From: Octopus sinensis
Taxonomy: Eukaryota
DNA length: 64,000 bases
Reading direction: 5' to 3'
Assembly (NCBI RefSeq): GCF_006345805.1
Contig: NC_043011.1
Location: forward strand, 62,260,464 to 62,324,463
Position numbers and translations under genes: made by a program. The notes beneath the pieces were generated by a model. That model was given only the letters and a program-made list of their open reading frames with translations, had not been told where the DNA came from and searched no databases. Of the stretch, positions 52,972 to 64,000 are shown piece after piece; the first letter of the stretch is position 1; each line of letters starts with the position of its first letter.

Positions 52972-55190
52972 AATATATATATATACATACATACTTGCGT
53001 ACATGTATATACGTACAAACCTCTCTCATTGGCTTAAGAAAGAAATGCATGTAAGAGGAGGAGGAAAGAAGAGAAGAAGAAGAAGAAAAGAAGAAATAAG
53101 AAGAAGAACAACAACAACAACAGCAACAACTATAACAGCGCCAAACCAACAAAGAAACGAAAACGGTTTGAAATGATAAATAGGAGCGTTAGGAAATTAT
53201 CCCTGAAGGTCTTTTAGTGGTAAAGCATCGTGTCTAAGAGTAGAGTTGGGATTTTAATGATACCCTAACCCCAAACAGCATCTACTACTACTACTACTAC
53301 TACTATACTACTACCTACTACTACTACTACTACTACTACTACTATGCAAACAACAACATTAAGCAATAACAACGTATTCATTAATCTACAGACATATTGT
53401 TAACATAATAATTAATTCTAATTAGAAGGTTTCCAAGCAATTAAAATTGCAAATTAGATCTTAGGCAAAATATAATATACATATAGATGTTATATTTCTA
53501 CGCAGTATATTGATGTTTCTGGCTTGTTTAGTATCAGTTACACAAGGTAGGGTCGTGTGGTTCAGAAGTCAACTTAAAAAAATCCGTATGGTTCCGAGTT
53601 CGATCCCGGTCAGTGGCATGCTGAACAATATGTTGTTTATACTTTTTTTGTTTCGTTTTTGCTATTAAATCGTTTGGTCAGACAATGCCTTGCTTGTTTA
53701 CACGTTTATTTGTTTATGTCTCTGCCACTTAGCGGTTCGGCAAAAGGTGTCGATAGCATGAGTACTAGCCTTCGTATAAAAGGAAGCATGGAGGTCGATT
53801 TCATCGACTAAAATTTTCAAGGCGGTGCCCCAGCATGGCCGCATCTCTGTGATTTGAATGAGGAAAAGAAAAAAGAACACACACGCACACATTTTTTATC
53901 TTTCACTTTTTTCAGTCTTTAGAATGCGGCTTTGCTGGAGCACTGCTTTAAAGACTTTAGTCGAACATATCGACCCAAGAACTTTTTTCAAGCATGGTAC
54001 TCATTCTGTCGATGTTGTTTGCCGAACTGCTAAGTTGCGGCGACGTAAATACACCAATATCGGTTGTCAAGCAGTGGTGGAGGACAAACACAAAGACACA
54101 CAGAGATATTTATAAATACACGTCGGGCTTGTTTCAGTTTCTGTCTACCTAAATCAACTCACAAAGATTTGGTCGGGGGTGTACTAGAAGTTACGTGGGA
54201 CGAACCTAGAACCATGTGGTTGAGAAGCAAGCTTCTTACTGCACAGCCACACCTCCAACCATAGGCGTGTGTGTGTGTGTGTGTGTGTTTGCATGAGTGC
54301 GTGGATGTACGTAAATAAAAAAGAATGGAAGAAGTAATCAAATACTACAGCTGTTTCAAAAGAAATACGGAGTGTTCATTCCGTAATATGTTTCATTGCA
54401 AACTGATGTCATTTATCGTCAGGTGATTGCGGTCATTCATTTAAAAATTATCGGCTATAACACAGTCCAGGAGGGAGATGTACATTTTAAGTATAAAAAA
54501 GGGAGAATGGAAATTGTAATGGCAAAGAGTCGATGGCGTGAACTACCCACATCTTATCTTCGTGTGATAGATAGGTGTCTGATTGCACTTCGCTTGCTGC
54601 ATACTGAAATTTATGGGGTGACCACCAGAAATTCACATATAAGAAACACCTATTAGGTGTCAATGAAGGAAACAGGTGCCCAAAAGAACGGGATCTTTAT
54701 TACTAAGGAACAATAACGGGATTAATAAAAGTTAATATGGGGAAGAAATAAAGAGAACGGAAAAGCAAGCGAAAAGGAAAAAAGAAAAATGTCAGAAATA
54801 AGTTGACGACTGTAAGTTAAATGTATATACATACACGCATATATATACACACAAAAGAGAGACTACGCGCACGTACATATATTTGTATATGCACACATAC
54901 ACACATATAGAATATGTAAACAAAATGACACACACACACACTAAATATATATATATTGGTTAAAGAGGCCGCGGTGGACATATGACTTGAGATGTTTGCC
55001 TTGCCTTTACGTTTGTTGTCCTCTTTAACAATTATACATCCGCTATATTGGAAATCTACAATGGTCCCATAACTACTATCTCGGTTATGACCTTGGAGCC
55101 CAGGTAATCAGTTACAGCACTTCCCAGCGTACCTAGTCGTTTAGATCACCTGTGAACTAAACCCTCATATTTTGTGTGTGCGTGCGTGTG

Positions 55191-55225
<35 letters not shown>

Positions 55226-55257
55226 AGATATATATATAATATATATATATTATATAT

Positions 55258-55545
55258 GGAGGCGCAATGGCCCATGGTTACAGTAGCGGACTCGCGGTCG
55301 TAGGATCGCGGTTTCGATTCCCAGACCGGGCGTTGTGAGTGTTTATTGACCGAAAACACCTAAAAGCTCCAGGGGTGGTGATCCCTGCTGTACTCTTTCA
55401 CCACTCTTTCTCTCACTCTTTCTTCTGTTGGCCTGCTCGCTTAGCCAGCGTGGTGGCGTCATTCAAAGGCTAAAACAATGCGAACGCATTGTGACCAGCG
55501 ATGTGTAACAACATCTGATGGTCTGGTCGGTCACGTGATCACGTG
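55258..55545 (+). mobile_element. tRNA-derived SINE family D
   Basis: GGAGGCGCAATGGCCCATGGTTACAGTAGCGGACTCGCGGTCGTAGGATCGCGGTTTCGATTCCC head, as at 30050; different 3' part. Confidence 0.75.
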
Positions 55546-55684
55546 ATATATATATATATTTATATATATATATATATTTATATAGATATATATACTATTT
55601 ATATATATATTTATATATATATATATATATTTATATAGATATATAGTACATATTTATATAGATAGATAGATAGATAGATAGATA

Positions 55685-55725
<41 letters not shown>

Positions 55726-56520
55726 TAGGTATGCACACAGCCAAGCATAATATGATTATAATCTTTCGCTGGTGTAAAATAAACGAATACATTAGTACAC
55801 TGCTAATATAAATGTATAATATCGAGTGCATACGTAATCACGCACAAATATACATACTTACGTACGCTAGAAGCTAATTTGATGTAATACCAGACGGAAC
55901 AAACAGTAATACATAAAAAAGCTGAAATGAGACAGGGGAACGAAAGTTGTATGGATAGTTACAAACGTATGAGTGTATACACATTAAAACGAATTGGAAA
56001 AGAAAATACAAAAAACAAAAGGAAAACGTAAAGCACATGCTTACACACATACGTACGTTTAGAGGTCGTTGTAAAACAGATAATTTTCAAGTGAATGGCC
56101 GCATGTATCTTGTGGAAAAGACACCGGATACCTATGAAACACTCAAACGTTACGTAATAGGCGCACGGCGCATCTTTTGAAGCAGTTGTAGTTCTCGACT
56201 TTTTTAAAATACTTTTTTATTTATTGACTTCATTATTGCATAATAAGCAACATTTGTGGCTTTCGAACAGGAATTTTTATAGCTTGCATCGTCTTATAGG
56301 AATTTTCTAAGCTCTAAATGAGACGAAGTGTATTTGATTTATTCATTGATAAATTTTATTGATCAGTGATCGAATCATCTACATGTCCAATACAAGGCGT
56401 GATTGTGTTAGAGAGGATATATATATATTTTATTTATTTATTACACTATTGTTTGACAGCGCCCTCGCGTCGGTTCGATTCGATTCGTTCGCTTCGTTCC
56501 GTTCTTATTCTCCCGGTACT

Positions 56521-56564
<44 letters not shown>

Positions 56565-57105
56565 AAAATTCACAAAATAAAACAAAACAAAAGACGAAGA
56601 CAGGTGGTGTAGAAAACCAACAGATGTATTAGTATAATGCTCGGGAAGTGAAAAAGTCTTTAACGTTTCGAGCCTACGCTCTTCCACAGAAAGGAACACA
56701 GAAAGAAACAAGGAGAGAAAATAAGGAATGTGTAGTGGCTAGCGATTTATCATGGCGAATGCCGGGCACACACGCATACATACACATACAGACGCACACA
56801 CACACACACACATACATATGTATTTTGTGTGTGTGTATAAATATGAATGTATATTTATGAATGGTTTTAGGCTTAGTTAAAACAGAAAGAATTTTACCTT
56901 AATTTGATGCGTTACCCTATACTTTTCTACAATATAAATCTATTATTGTTACACAAGGATGTTGTTGACCGTAACTTCGAAGTTTCGGCCAAATAAGCCA
57001 TCGTTGAACAGTATATGTACATGTATGTATGCATCTGTCTCTTTTCTGTGTGACTGCTGCTGCTCTCTCTCTCCCCATCTCTCTCTCTCTCTCTAATTAC
57101 CTATC

Positions 57106-57184
<79 letters not shown>

Positions 57185-57661
57185 CTCTCTATTTACCTAT
57201 CTCTATCTATCTATTTGTATATACCCAGTATACCCATCACGCACATACATTAATATCAAGTAATCGTAAAATGGTTTTGAGCCGAAGATATAAAAATACC
57301 CGTATCTGAGTATCTGATTATTGGTTTGAGATGGAAGCCGAAAATAAACAAGTAAATAAGAAATATATAAATAAATAATAAAATCAAGTAATAAAAAATT
57401 AAAAACCGATAATGTCGGTGGAATGCTTTGTTATCAAAATCTGTAAAATACTGCAATTTGTAACAACAACCACCTTCGTCACCACCTCCGCTACCAGCAG
57501 ATATTTACTCACCCACACATATATATATATAAATATATATACATACATATATATACATATATATATATATACATACATATATATATATATATATACATAC
57601 ATATATATATACATATATATATATACATACATATATATATTTACATATATATATCACAGGA

Positions 57662-57995
57662 GTGAAGGCGCATGGCTCAGTGGTTAGAGCGTCGAGCTTA
57701 CGATCGTGAGGTTGTGAGCTCGAATCCCGGACCGGGCTGCGTGTTGTGTTCTTGAGCAAGGCACTTTATTTCACGTTGCTCCAGTTCACTCAGCTGTAGA
57801 AATGAGTTGCGACGTCACAGGTGCCAGCTGTGTCGACCTTTGTCTTTCCCTTGGATAACACTGGTGGCGTGGAGAGGGGAGGCTGGTATGCATGGGCGAC
57901 TGCTGGTCTTCCATAAACAACCTTGCCCCGACTTGTGTCTAGGAGGGTAACTTTCTAGGTGCAATCCCATTGTCATTCATGACCGAAGGGGGTCT
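57662..57995 (+). mobile_element. SINE family C, full length
   Basis: A box TGGCTCAGTGG, B-box-like GCTCGAATCCC, central TTGAGCAAGGCACTTTA, tail GACCGAAGGGGGTCT. Confidence 0.85.
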
Positions 57996-58399
57996 TTATA
58001 TATATATAAAAACATACACACATATGTTTATCTCTTTAGCCATCCATGTATCTATATCTATCTATCTATCTATCTATTTATTTATCTAGTCTATCTATCT
58101 ATCTATCTATCTATCTATGCATACAGAAAGAACTATATTAACTCTATAACTTCCAAACAATTTCCTGGTTATCCATTTCCATTTATTCAGAATTTTTTTT
58201 TGCATCATATCATATAGAATATTATCAAAGAAGGTTAACTGTGACTTTAATGTTTTTTTCCTTCTATTCGCAAGAGAATATTGGTTTTCTTTATGTTTTT
58301 ACAGGTTTATAGTGTCAGGCATCGAAAAACATGTTTTACTTTAACTCTATGGTAATATCTTTTTGAGACGTACATAAATATATTTATGTATGTGTGTGG

Positions 58400-58447
<48 letters not shown>

Positions 58448-58536
58448 GTGGTGTGTGTGTTGTGTGTGTGCATGCCATATATATATATATAGTTCGTGTG
58501 TTTATTTGGCAACAAAAATGACCATTCCAAAATACA

Positions 58537-58587
<51 letters not shown>

Positions 58588-59075
58588 CATACATATATAT
58601 ATATTACATCTATAATCTATATGATTATATATACATATATCTATATATCTGTCTAAATTATATATATATATATACATATATATAGACACACATACATATA
58701 AAAACATATGCCTATATGTACATGTGTATGCATATACATATATATATGGATGGATGTATATATATATATATAATATATATAATATATAATATATATATAT
58801 ATATATGAGTGTGTGTGTGAATTATGCATATGATTGATATAAATCGCTATGTATATTTTAATACGTTGTAATTTTGCGCTGTTCTAAGCAGACACAAGTG
58901 CAGTTTTTATATAAAAATATAACGATGAAACACTTACATTTTGATTGCTATCCTCCAACATATAGCAACAACAATTATCTATGTATGTATACGTTCGCAC
59001 ACACACACACACACAACACACACACAACACACAAAATATATCATATGCAAGTATATCGTGTAATGAAATTATGTA

Positions 59076-59136
<61 letters not shown>

Positions 59137-59329
59137 GTATGTATGTATATATGTGTATATGTTTATATATGTGTGTGCGTGCAAGAATCGGCGCAGGTAT
59201 GGCTGTGTGGTAAGATGGTTGCTTCCCAACCACAATATTTCGTGTTCAGTCTCATTGCGTGGCATTTTGGAGAAGTGTCATTTACTGTAGCCTCGAGAGC
59301 ATTTGGTAGACGGAAACGGAAAGAAATTG

Positions 59330-59361
<32 letters not shown>

Positions 59362-59975
59362 ACATTTGCGTGTGTCTTTGTGTCTGTGCTTGTCTCTCAG
59401 CCACCGCTTGTCAACCGGTATTGGTGTGTTTACGTTCCAAGGTCGACATTGCCTTTCATCCTTTGGGGGTCGATTAATAATGTAATCGACTTAATCCGTT
59501 AATGTCCTTGTTTGTCCCCTCTTTGTTTAGCCCCCTGTGGGCAATAAAGAGATAAATATTTAACCCTATGTAGTCGACGTTAAACCTGTTTCACTCCAAA
59601 CAGTTCTCAAATATAGATTGTAATTTTTATTCGAGGATATTTGCATTTTATAGCGCAGTGTGTTTATATAGCAGTGAAGGCACGTGGCCTAGTTGTTTTA
59701 CAATTGCTAGATTCTGGTTTCGATTCCCGATGTAAGTGGCACGTTGTTTTCTTGAGCAAAATATTCCATTTGAAGTTGCCCCTGGTGTCACTTCATCATC
59801 TGCCATGTGGCACACACATGTGCACCTGAACAGGAAATATTAACTTGATACAGAAAATAAGTTATTGTAAGGCACAAACATGAAGAGGGCTTAAAGAACC
59901 AAAAGCTTTTCCTATTTCCGTTCTGTCGTCCATTAAACAGGTTCTCTGAACATTTTCGTTTTTTTATCAGTATAG

Positions 59976-60033
<58 letters not shown>

Positions 60034-60054
60034 AATACACACACACCACACAGA

Positions 60055-60134
<80 letters not shown>

Positions 60135-60135
60135 A

Positions 60136-61444
60136 TCTTTATCTGTATATATATAAAACTGAGAATGTGTGTCTGTCTGTCTGTGTGTTTCCCTAAAACT
60201 TGAGAACTACAAACCAATTTCATTCAAATTTTACACATGTTTTACTTAGGGTCCAGGGAGTGTCATCGCAAAAAATGTTTTACTTATTGCTTAGGGCGAG
60301 CCCACAGCAATATCATATCTTCTCCACTACGATTCCCTAAAACTTGAGAACTACGCAACCAATTTCATTCAAATTTTACACATGCCTTACTTAGGGCCCA
60401 TGTAGTTTCATGGGTAAAAAAAATGTTCAACTTCTTGCCTAGAGCGAGCCCATAGCAATATCATATCTTCTCCACTATTTCAGTATTACGTGTTAAAAGT
60501 GAAACAAAAATATTTCTCTATTTTATGTCAGATGCTTTCACTTTAACAATAAAAATAATAATAACAATTGAATTATATGTAGTAAGTAATAATTAAAATC
60601 AAACTAAAGTAACATGACAAAAGTAAAAATAGCAATTGGTATAACATTGCATCGATGATTTGAACTTGAATAAGTGGTTTCACATTAATGGGAATAAATC
60701 AAAAATATAATTAGCGTGCAGAAATGGAATAGTCCAGATAGATACTAAAAAATTAAATTAAAGAAAAGACTATTGTCTATAAAGTATACAATCTAGAGAA
60801 AAAAGAAGATTTGAACACATGGAAGAAAGTTCTGTGTTCAAATCTTTTTTTTCTCTAGATTGTATACTTTATAGACAATAGTCTTTCTTTAATTTAATTT
60901 TTAGTATCTATCTGGACTATTCCATTTCTGCACGCTAATTATATTTTTGATTTATTCCCATTAATGTGAAACCTTCGAAAAGTGTCTTGGTGCGACTATG
61001 AAAGTTATCTAATCAGAGGCGGTAAATTCGCCACAATAGAAGCAAGGTTCGAGTCAACGGAGAGTGCAAGGGAGTACTCGACTCGAACTTGCAAAGTGGA
61101 AATATTTCCTTTTTACTTTTATATCTGGGACGTAGGACGTCCAGAAAAAAAACTTTAATGCCCCATCCCCCAGAAGTAGAGGTAGGCTGGATTTTAGCCA
61201 CACTTCTATACAAGAGGGAGGACAAGATACAATTGATCGAAATTACAAGAGACGGGCTAAAAATTCCAGTCTGTTATATATTTTGAGTATTGTTATCACT
61301 AGCGATATCAAGATATAACTTTGTATTTTGTATTTTATGTGTAGATGTATATATATAGATGTACATGTAATATGTACACATATATATACACATATATATA
61401 TGCACTAGCACTATGACCCGGCAACGACGGGTCTTTAATGCTAG
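60136..61444 (+). mobile_element. Probable composite Helitron-like element with an internal ~145-bp tandem duplication
   Basis: 5' TC..TATATAAAACTGAGAATGTGTGTCTGTC resembles the other Helitron starts; 3' GACCCGGCAACGACGGGTC hairpin then CTAG|T; TTCCCTAAAACTTGAGAACTAC repeated at ~60189 and ~60333; that both ends belong to one element is inferred. Confidence 0.5.
60677..60973. repeat. Near-perfect palindrome, ~143-bp arms, ~13-nt loop
   Basis: GGTTTCACATTAATGGGAATAAATC...GATTTGAACACA vs TGTGTTCAAATC...GATTTATTCCCATTAATGTGAAACC. Confidence 0.95.
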
Positions 61445-61488
61445 TATATATATATGTATGTATATCAGGTGTTATATATATGGAAATA

Positions 61489-61553
<65 letters not shown>

Positions 61554-61680
61554 AATACATGGTGATTGTGAAGGATTATTCAAAGAGAGACACGCACGCA
61601 CCACATACAGACATTTATCCATAGCCCGTCTGCGCTATGAAAGGTCATTTTATATTTTTGTTGGTCGTAATTATTCATGG

Positions 61681-61788
61681 CAATATGTAATTCCTGACGA
61701 AGAATCTAATTTTTATTTCATGAATAGTTTTTCGTTTTTGCCTTTGGAATTAATTAGACTCTGAAACAATTTGTAGAATTTATATTGG
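61681..61788 (+). ncRNA. Type I hammerhead ribozyme, canonical core
   Basis: Helix I CAAUAUG(U)AAUUC / GAAUUUAUAUUG; CUGACGA 61694-61700; helix II AGAAUCU / AGACUCU with a long loop; GAAA 61764-61767; helix III ACAA-U-UUGU; GUA cleavage triplet 61774-61776. Confidence 0.75.
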
Positions 61789-61841
61789 ATCTCAACCAAC
61801 CTGGATTATGGTTTACAACTACAATTGTTTTCTTTCCTTAT

Positions 61842-61876
<35 letters not shown>

Positions 61877-61954
61877 ATATATATACCGAAGCGATAGTAA
61901 CTCCATAACACCCACTCATACACCCTACGATCATATAACCATCCTCCACACAAT

Positions 61955-62763
61955 CCCCATCTCGACAAATTTGAAGCAGAAATGCTTCTTATGATTAGAA
62001 ACACTAAATTCTAAGAATATAAATCCTCCTTTCAAAAAACTAGAAACTTTCGTATACCATAAAACGAATCGTTTCAATCCCTAAATTAAACGTCTTCTCG
62101 GATAAAACAGGAAATATGGATCCTATTACCATCGAGGGATACAACAAATTCATAAAGAAGGAACTCTATAAATCTTACAAGCTCGCACCAACATTCGTCT
62201 TTGACGACATCAACACCAACCATTGCAAACATATGAAGAAATTACACGTGGATGACCGTTGAGGACCATACTGCCCTACAATTCCACACTTGACCCTCAA
62301 CGATCATAAGAATGACTTTATAACCAAACCATCAATATGCCACATATGCCCCACCAAATCCGATCTGGGAAGAATAAGTAGAAATATTTTGGACAAAATA
62401 ATACCAATCGTCAAGGAGAGATTAACGTCAACTTATGGTCCTGTACAGGTGAACTTATATCATGGTTCCATCTCTTGAACAACAAAAAACTCTTATTCTT
62501 TGCTACAATTCTTTATAAATAATTACTATTCTTCTGTTTCTCGCAAACTTCTTAATCAAGCTCTCCTTCTAGATAGGAATCTAATTAAACTTAACCCATT
62601 AGAAATTAACATAATCCTTAAACCCCGCAAAACTCTTATTTCTTTTGAGAACAAACTCTGGTGCCGGGCCATTCGCCATAACAATACTAATAACCATAAC
62701 AATTTATTTGACATTACCATGGGATCATCTGACTCCGTTCAGGTCACTGACCTCGTTGGACTA
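61955..62763 (+). pseudogene. Decayed Penelope-like element (PLE) reverse transcriptase fragment
   Basis: SDKTGN..Y.K..K.YK, TLNDHKNDF..KP....CPTKSDLGRISRNILDKI and LFDITMGSSDSVQVTDLVGL resemble the invertebrate PLE RT motifs DKT, LKDHKxNF..NP.KS.LG.ISK.IL and FDVTMGSxDGAEVCELVGL; stops and frameshifts; cut off by a SINE A. Confidence 0.8.
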
Positions 62764-62769
62764 TAATAC

Positions 62770-63112
62770 TCCGCTAAGTTACAGGAACATAAACCCACCA
62801 ACACTGGTTGCTAAGCAGCGATGGGTGTAAGGAACACGAACGCAAAGACACATACACATAGACATATATATATATATATATATATATGTAGATATGTATA
62901 TATGCATATACATACGCATACACACAAACGCACACACACATACACACGCACACATATATACACGACGAGCTTCTTTCAGTTTCCGCCTACCAAATCCACT
63001 CACAAGAGTCTGGTACGTCGTGATTATAGTAGAAACACAGGCCCATGATGTTACGCAGTGAGACTGAACCCGGGACCATGTGTTTGAGAAGCAAGCTTCT
63101 TACCACACAGCC
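62770..63112 (-). mobile_element. SINE family A truncating the PLE remnant
   Basis: CCGCTAAGTTACAGGAACATAAAC...CTTCTTACCACACAGCCA. Confidence 0.8.
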
Positions 63113-63719
63113 AAGCTATGATTTAATTTTATTACTCGAGTCTTGCCACACGATGAGATGCGGGGACTTCCACGTTCTTTTTATCGTGGAGTGATTTTTA
63201 TTTCAAGAATCCGCAACCAACCGACCAACCAGCCAACCAACAATTTCCTCAATGAACCAACCAACCAACCAACCAGCCAACCAACCAGCCAGCCAGCCAA
63301 CCAACCAACCATCCCGCAATTCTTGTCATAACATCGAACATCATTTGTCCTACAGCCGTCCTTCGTTCAGAGAGGTTCCAATGTCGTCACTATCGCCCCC
63401 ACAACAATCAGAACAGACAATGTAGAATAAGAGGTAAGATGACAAATGCAGAGGCGGGTTGGGGGGGGGCGGACAAGGAAACGTGGGAGGGTGGGAGTGA
63501 AAGCCTGATCGATATTCCATCGAAACCAAAATGAAGATATAAATAAACGAGAATATAAAAACGTGTAGATTTCTGACGTCACTAATTTTCCGAGATGAAT
63601 GCTTAACGTCATCTCGTAGAAGTCACAGAATCACGTGGTTAGCTCTCTGTCTGTCTGTCTCTCTGCCCGTCTCACTCACTTTCACCCACATAGGCTTTTC
63701 GTCACACACATACACACAC

Positions 63720-63751
<32 letters not shown>

Positions 63752-64000
63752 GATTTTCTTCTCTCGTCTATTCTGTTTATTTCTAAAGACCTACAAACAC
63801 ATGAGTTTGCATTGATTTCATTCAGAAATGTCGAATCCCATATCTATTTTTAAACATTTGCCGGAAATATGATGTCGTGATGTTCATCTCAATATCAGCA
63901 TCATCAACTTCCCCTTCTCCCCTTCCCTCTCTCGTCCGCCTCATCATCATCATAAGCACCCTTCTTCTTCTTCTTCTTCTTCTTCTTCTTCTTCTTCTTC

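Noticed and set aside
57662-57735. tRNA gene
   Set aside because: A/B boxes are present but there is no proper acceptor stem, and the sequence continues into a multi-copy SINE body

Overview
AT-rich, microsatellite-saturated eukaryotic DNA. The SINE repertoire and simple-repeat style look like an octopod cephalopod (Octopus sp.); this is inferred, not verified. No intact, recognisable protein-coding gene is present, and nearly all ORF-track entries are translations of microsatellites or SINEs. The window holds at least four dispersed SINE families (dozens of copies), decayed RTE- and CR1-type LINE fragments, a Penelope-like (PLE) reverse-transcriptase remnant, non-autonomous Helitrons, a deleted mariner, a 1.3-kb TIR element, an ~800-bp near-identical tandem duplication and one 100-N gap. 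The most interesting signal is about ten hammerhead-ribozyme-like motifs from several families, read by eye. They include a canonical one upstream of the PLE RT, mirror-image pairs in long fold-back cassettes, a variant with a compensatory A3:U8 core swap, and a family with a CUGUNGA core. Also notable are several long hairpins and an unexplained ~1.55-kb high-complexity island (33070-34628) that sits where a coding exon would be expected but has no long frame. Repeat boundaries are approximate.
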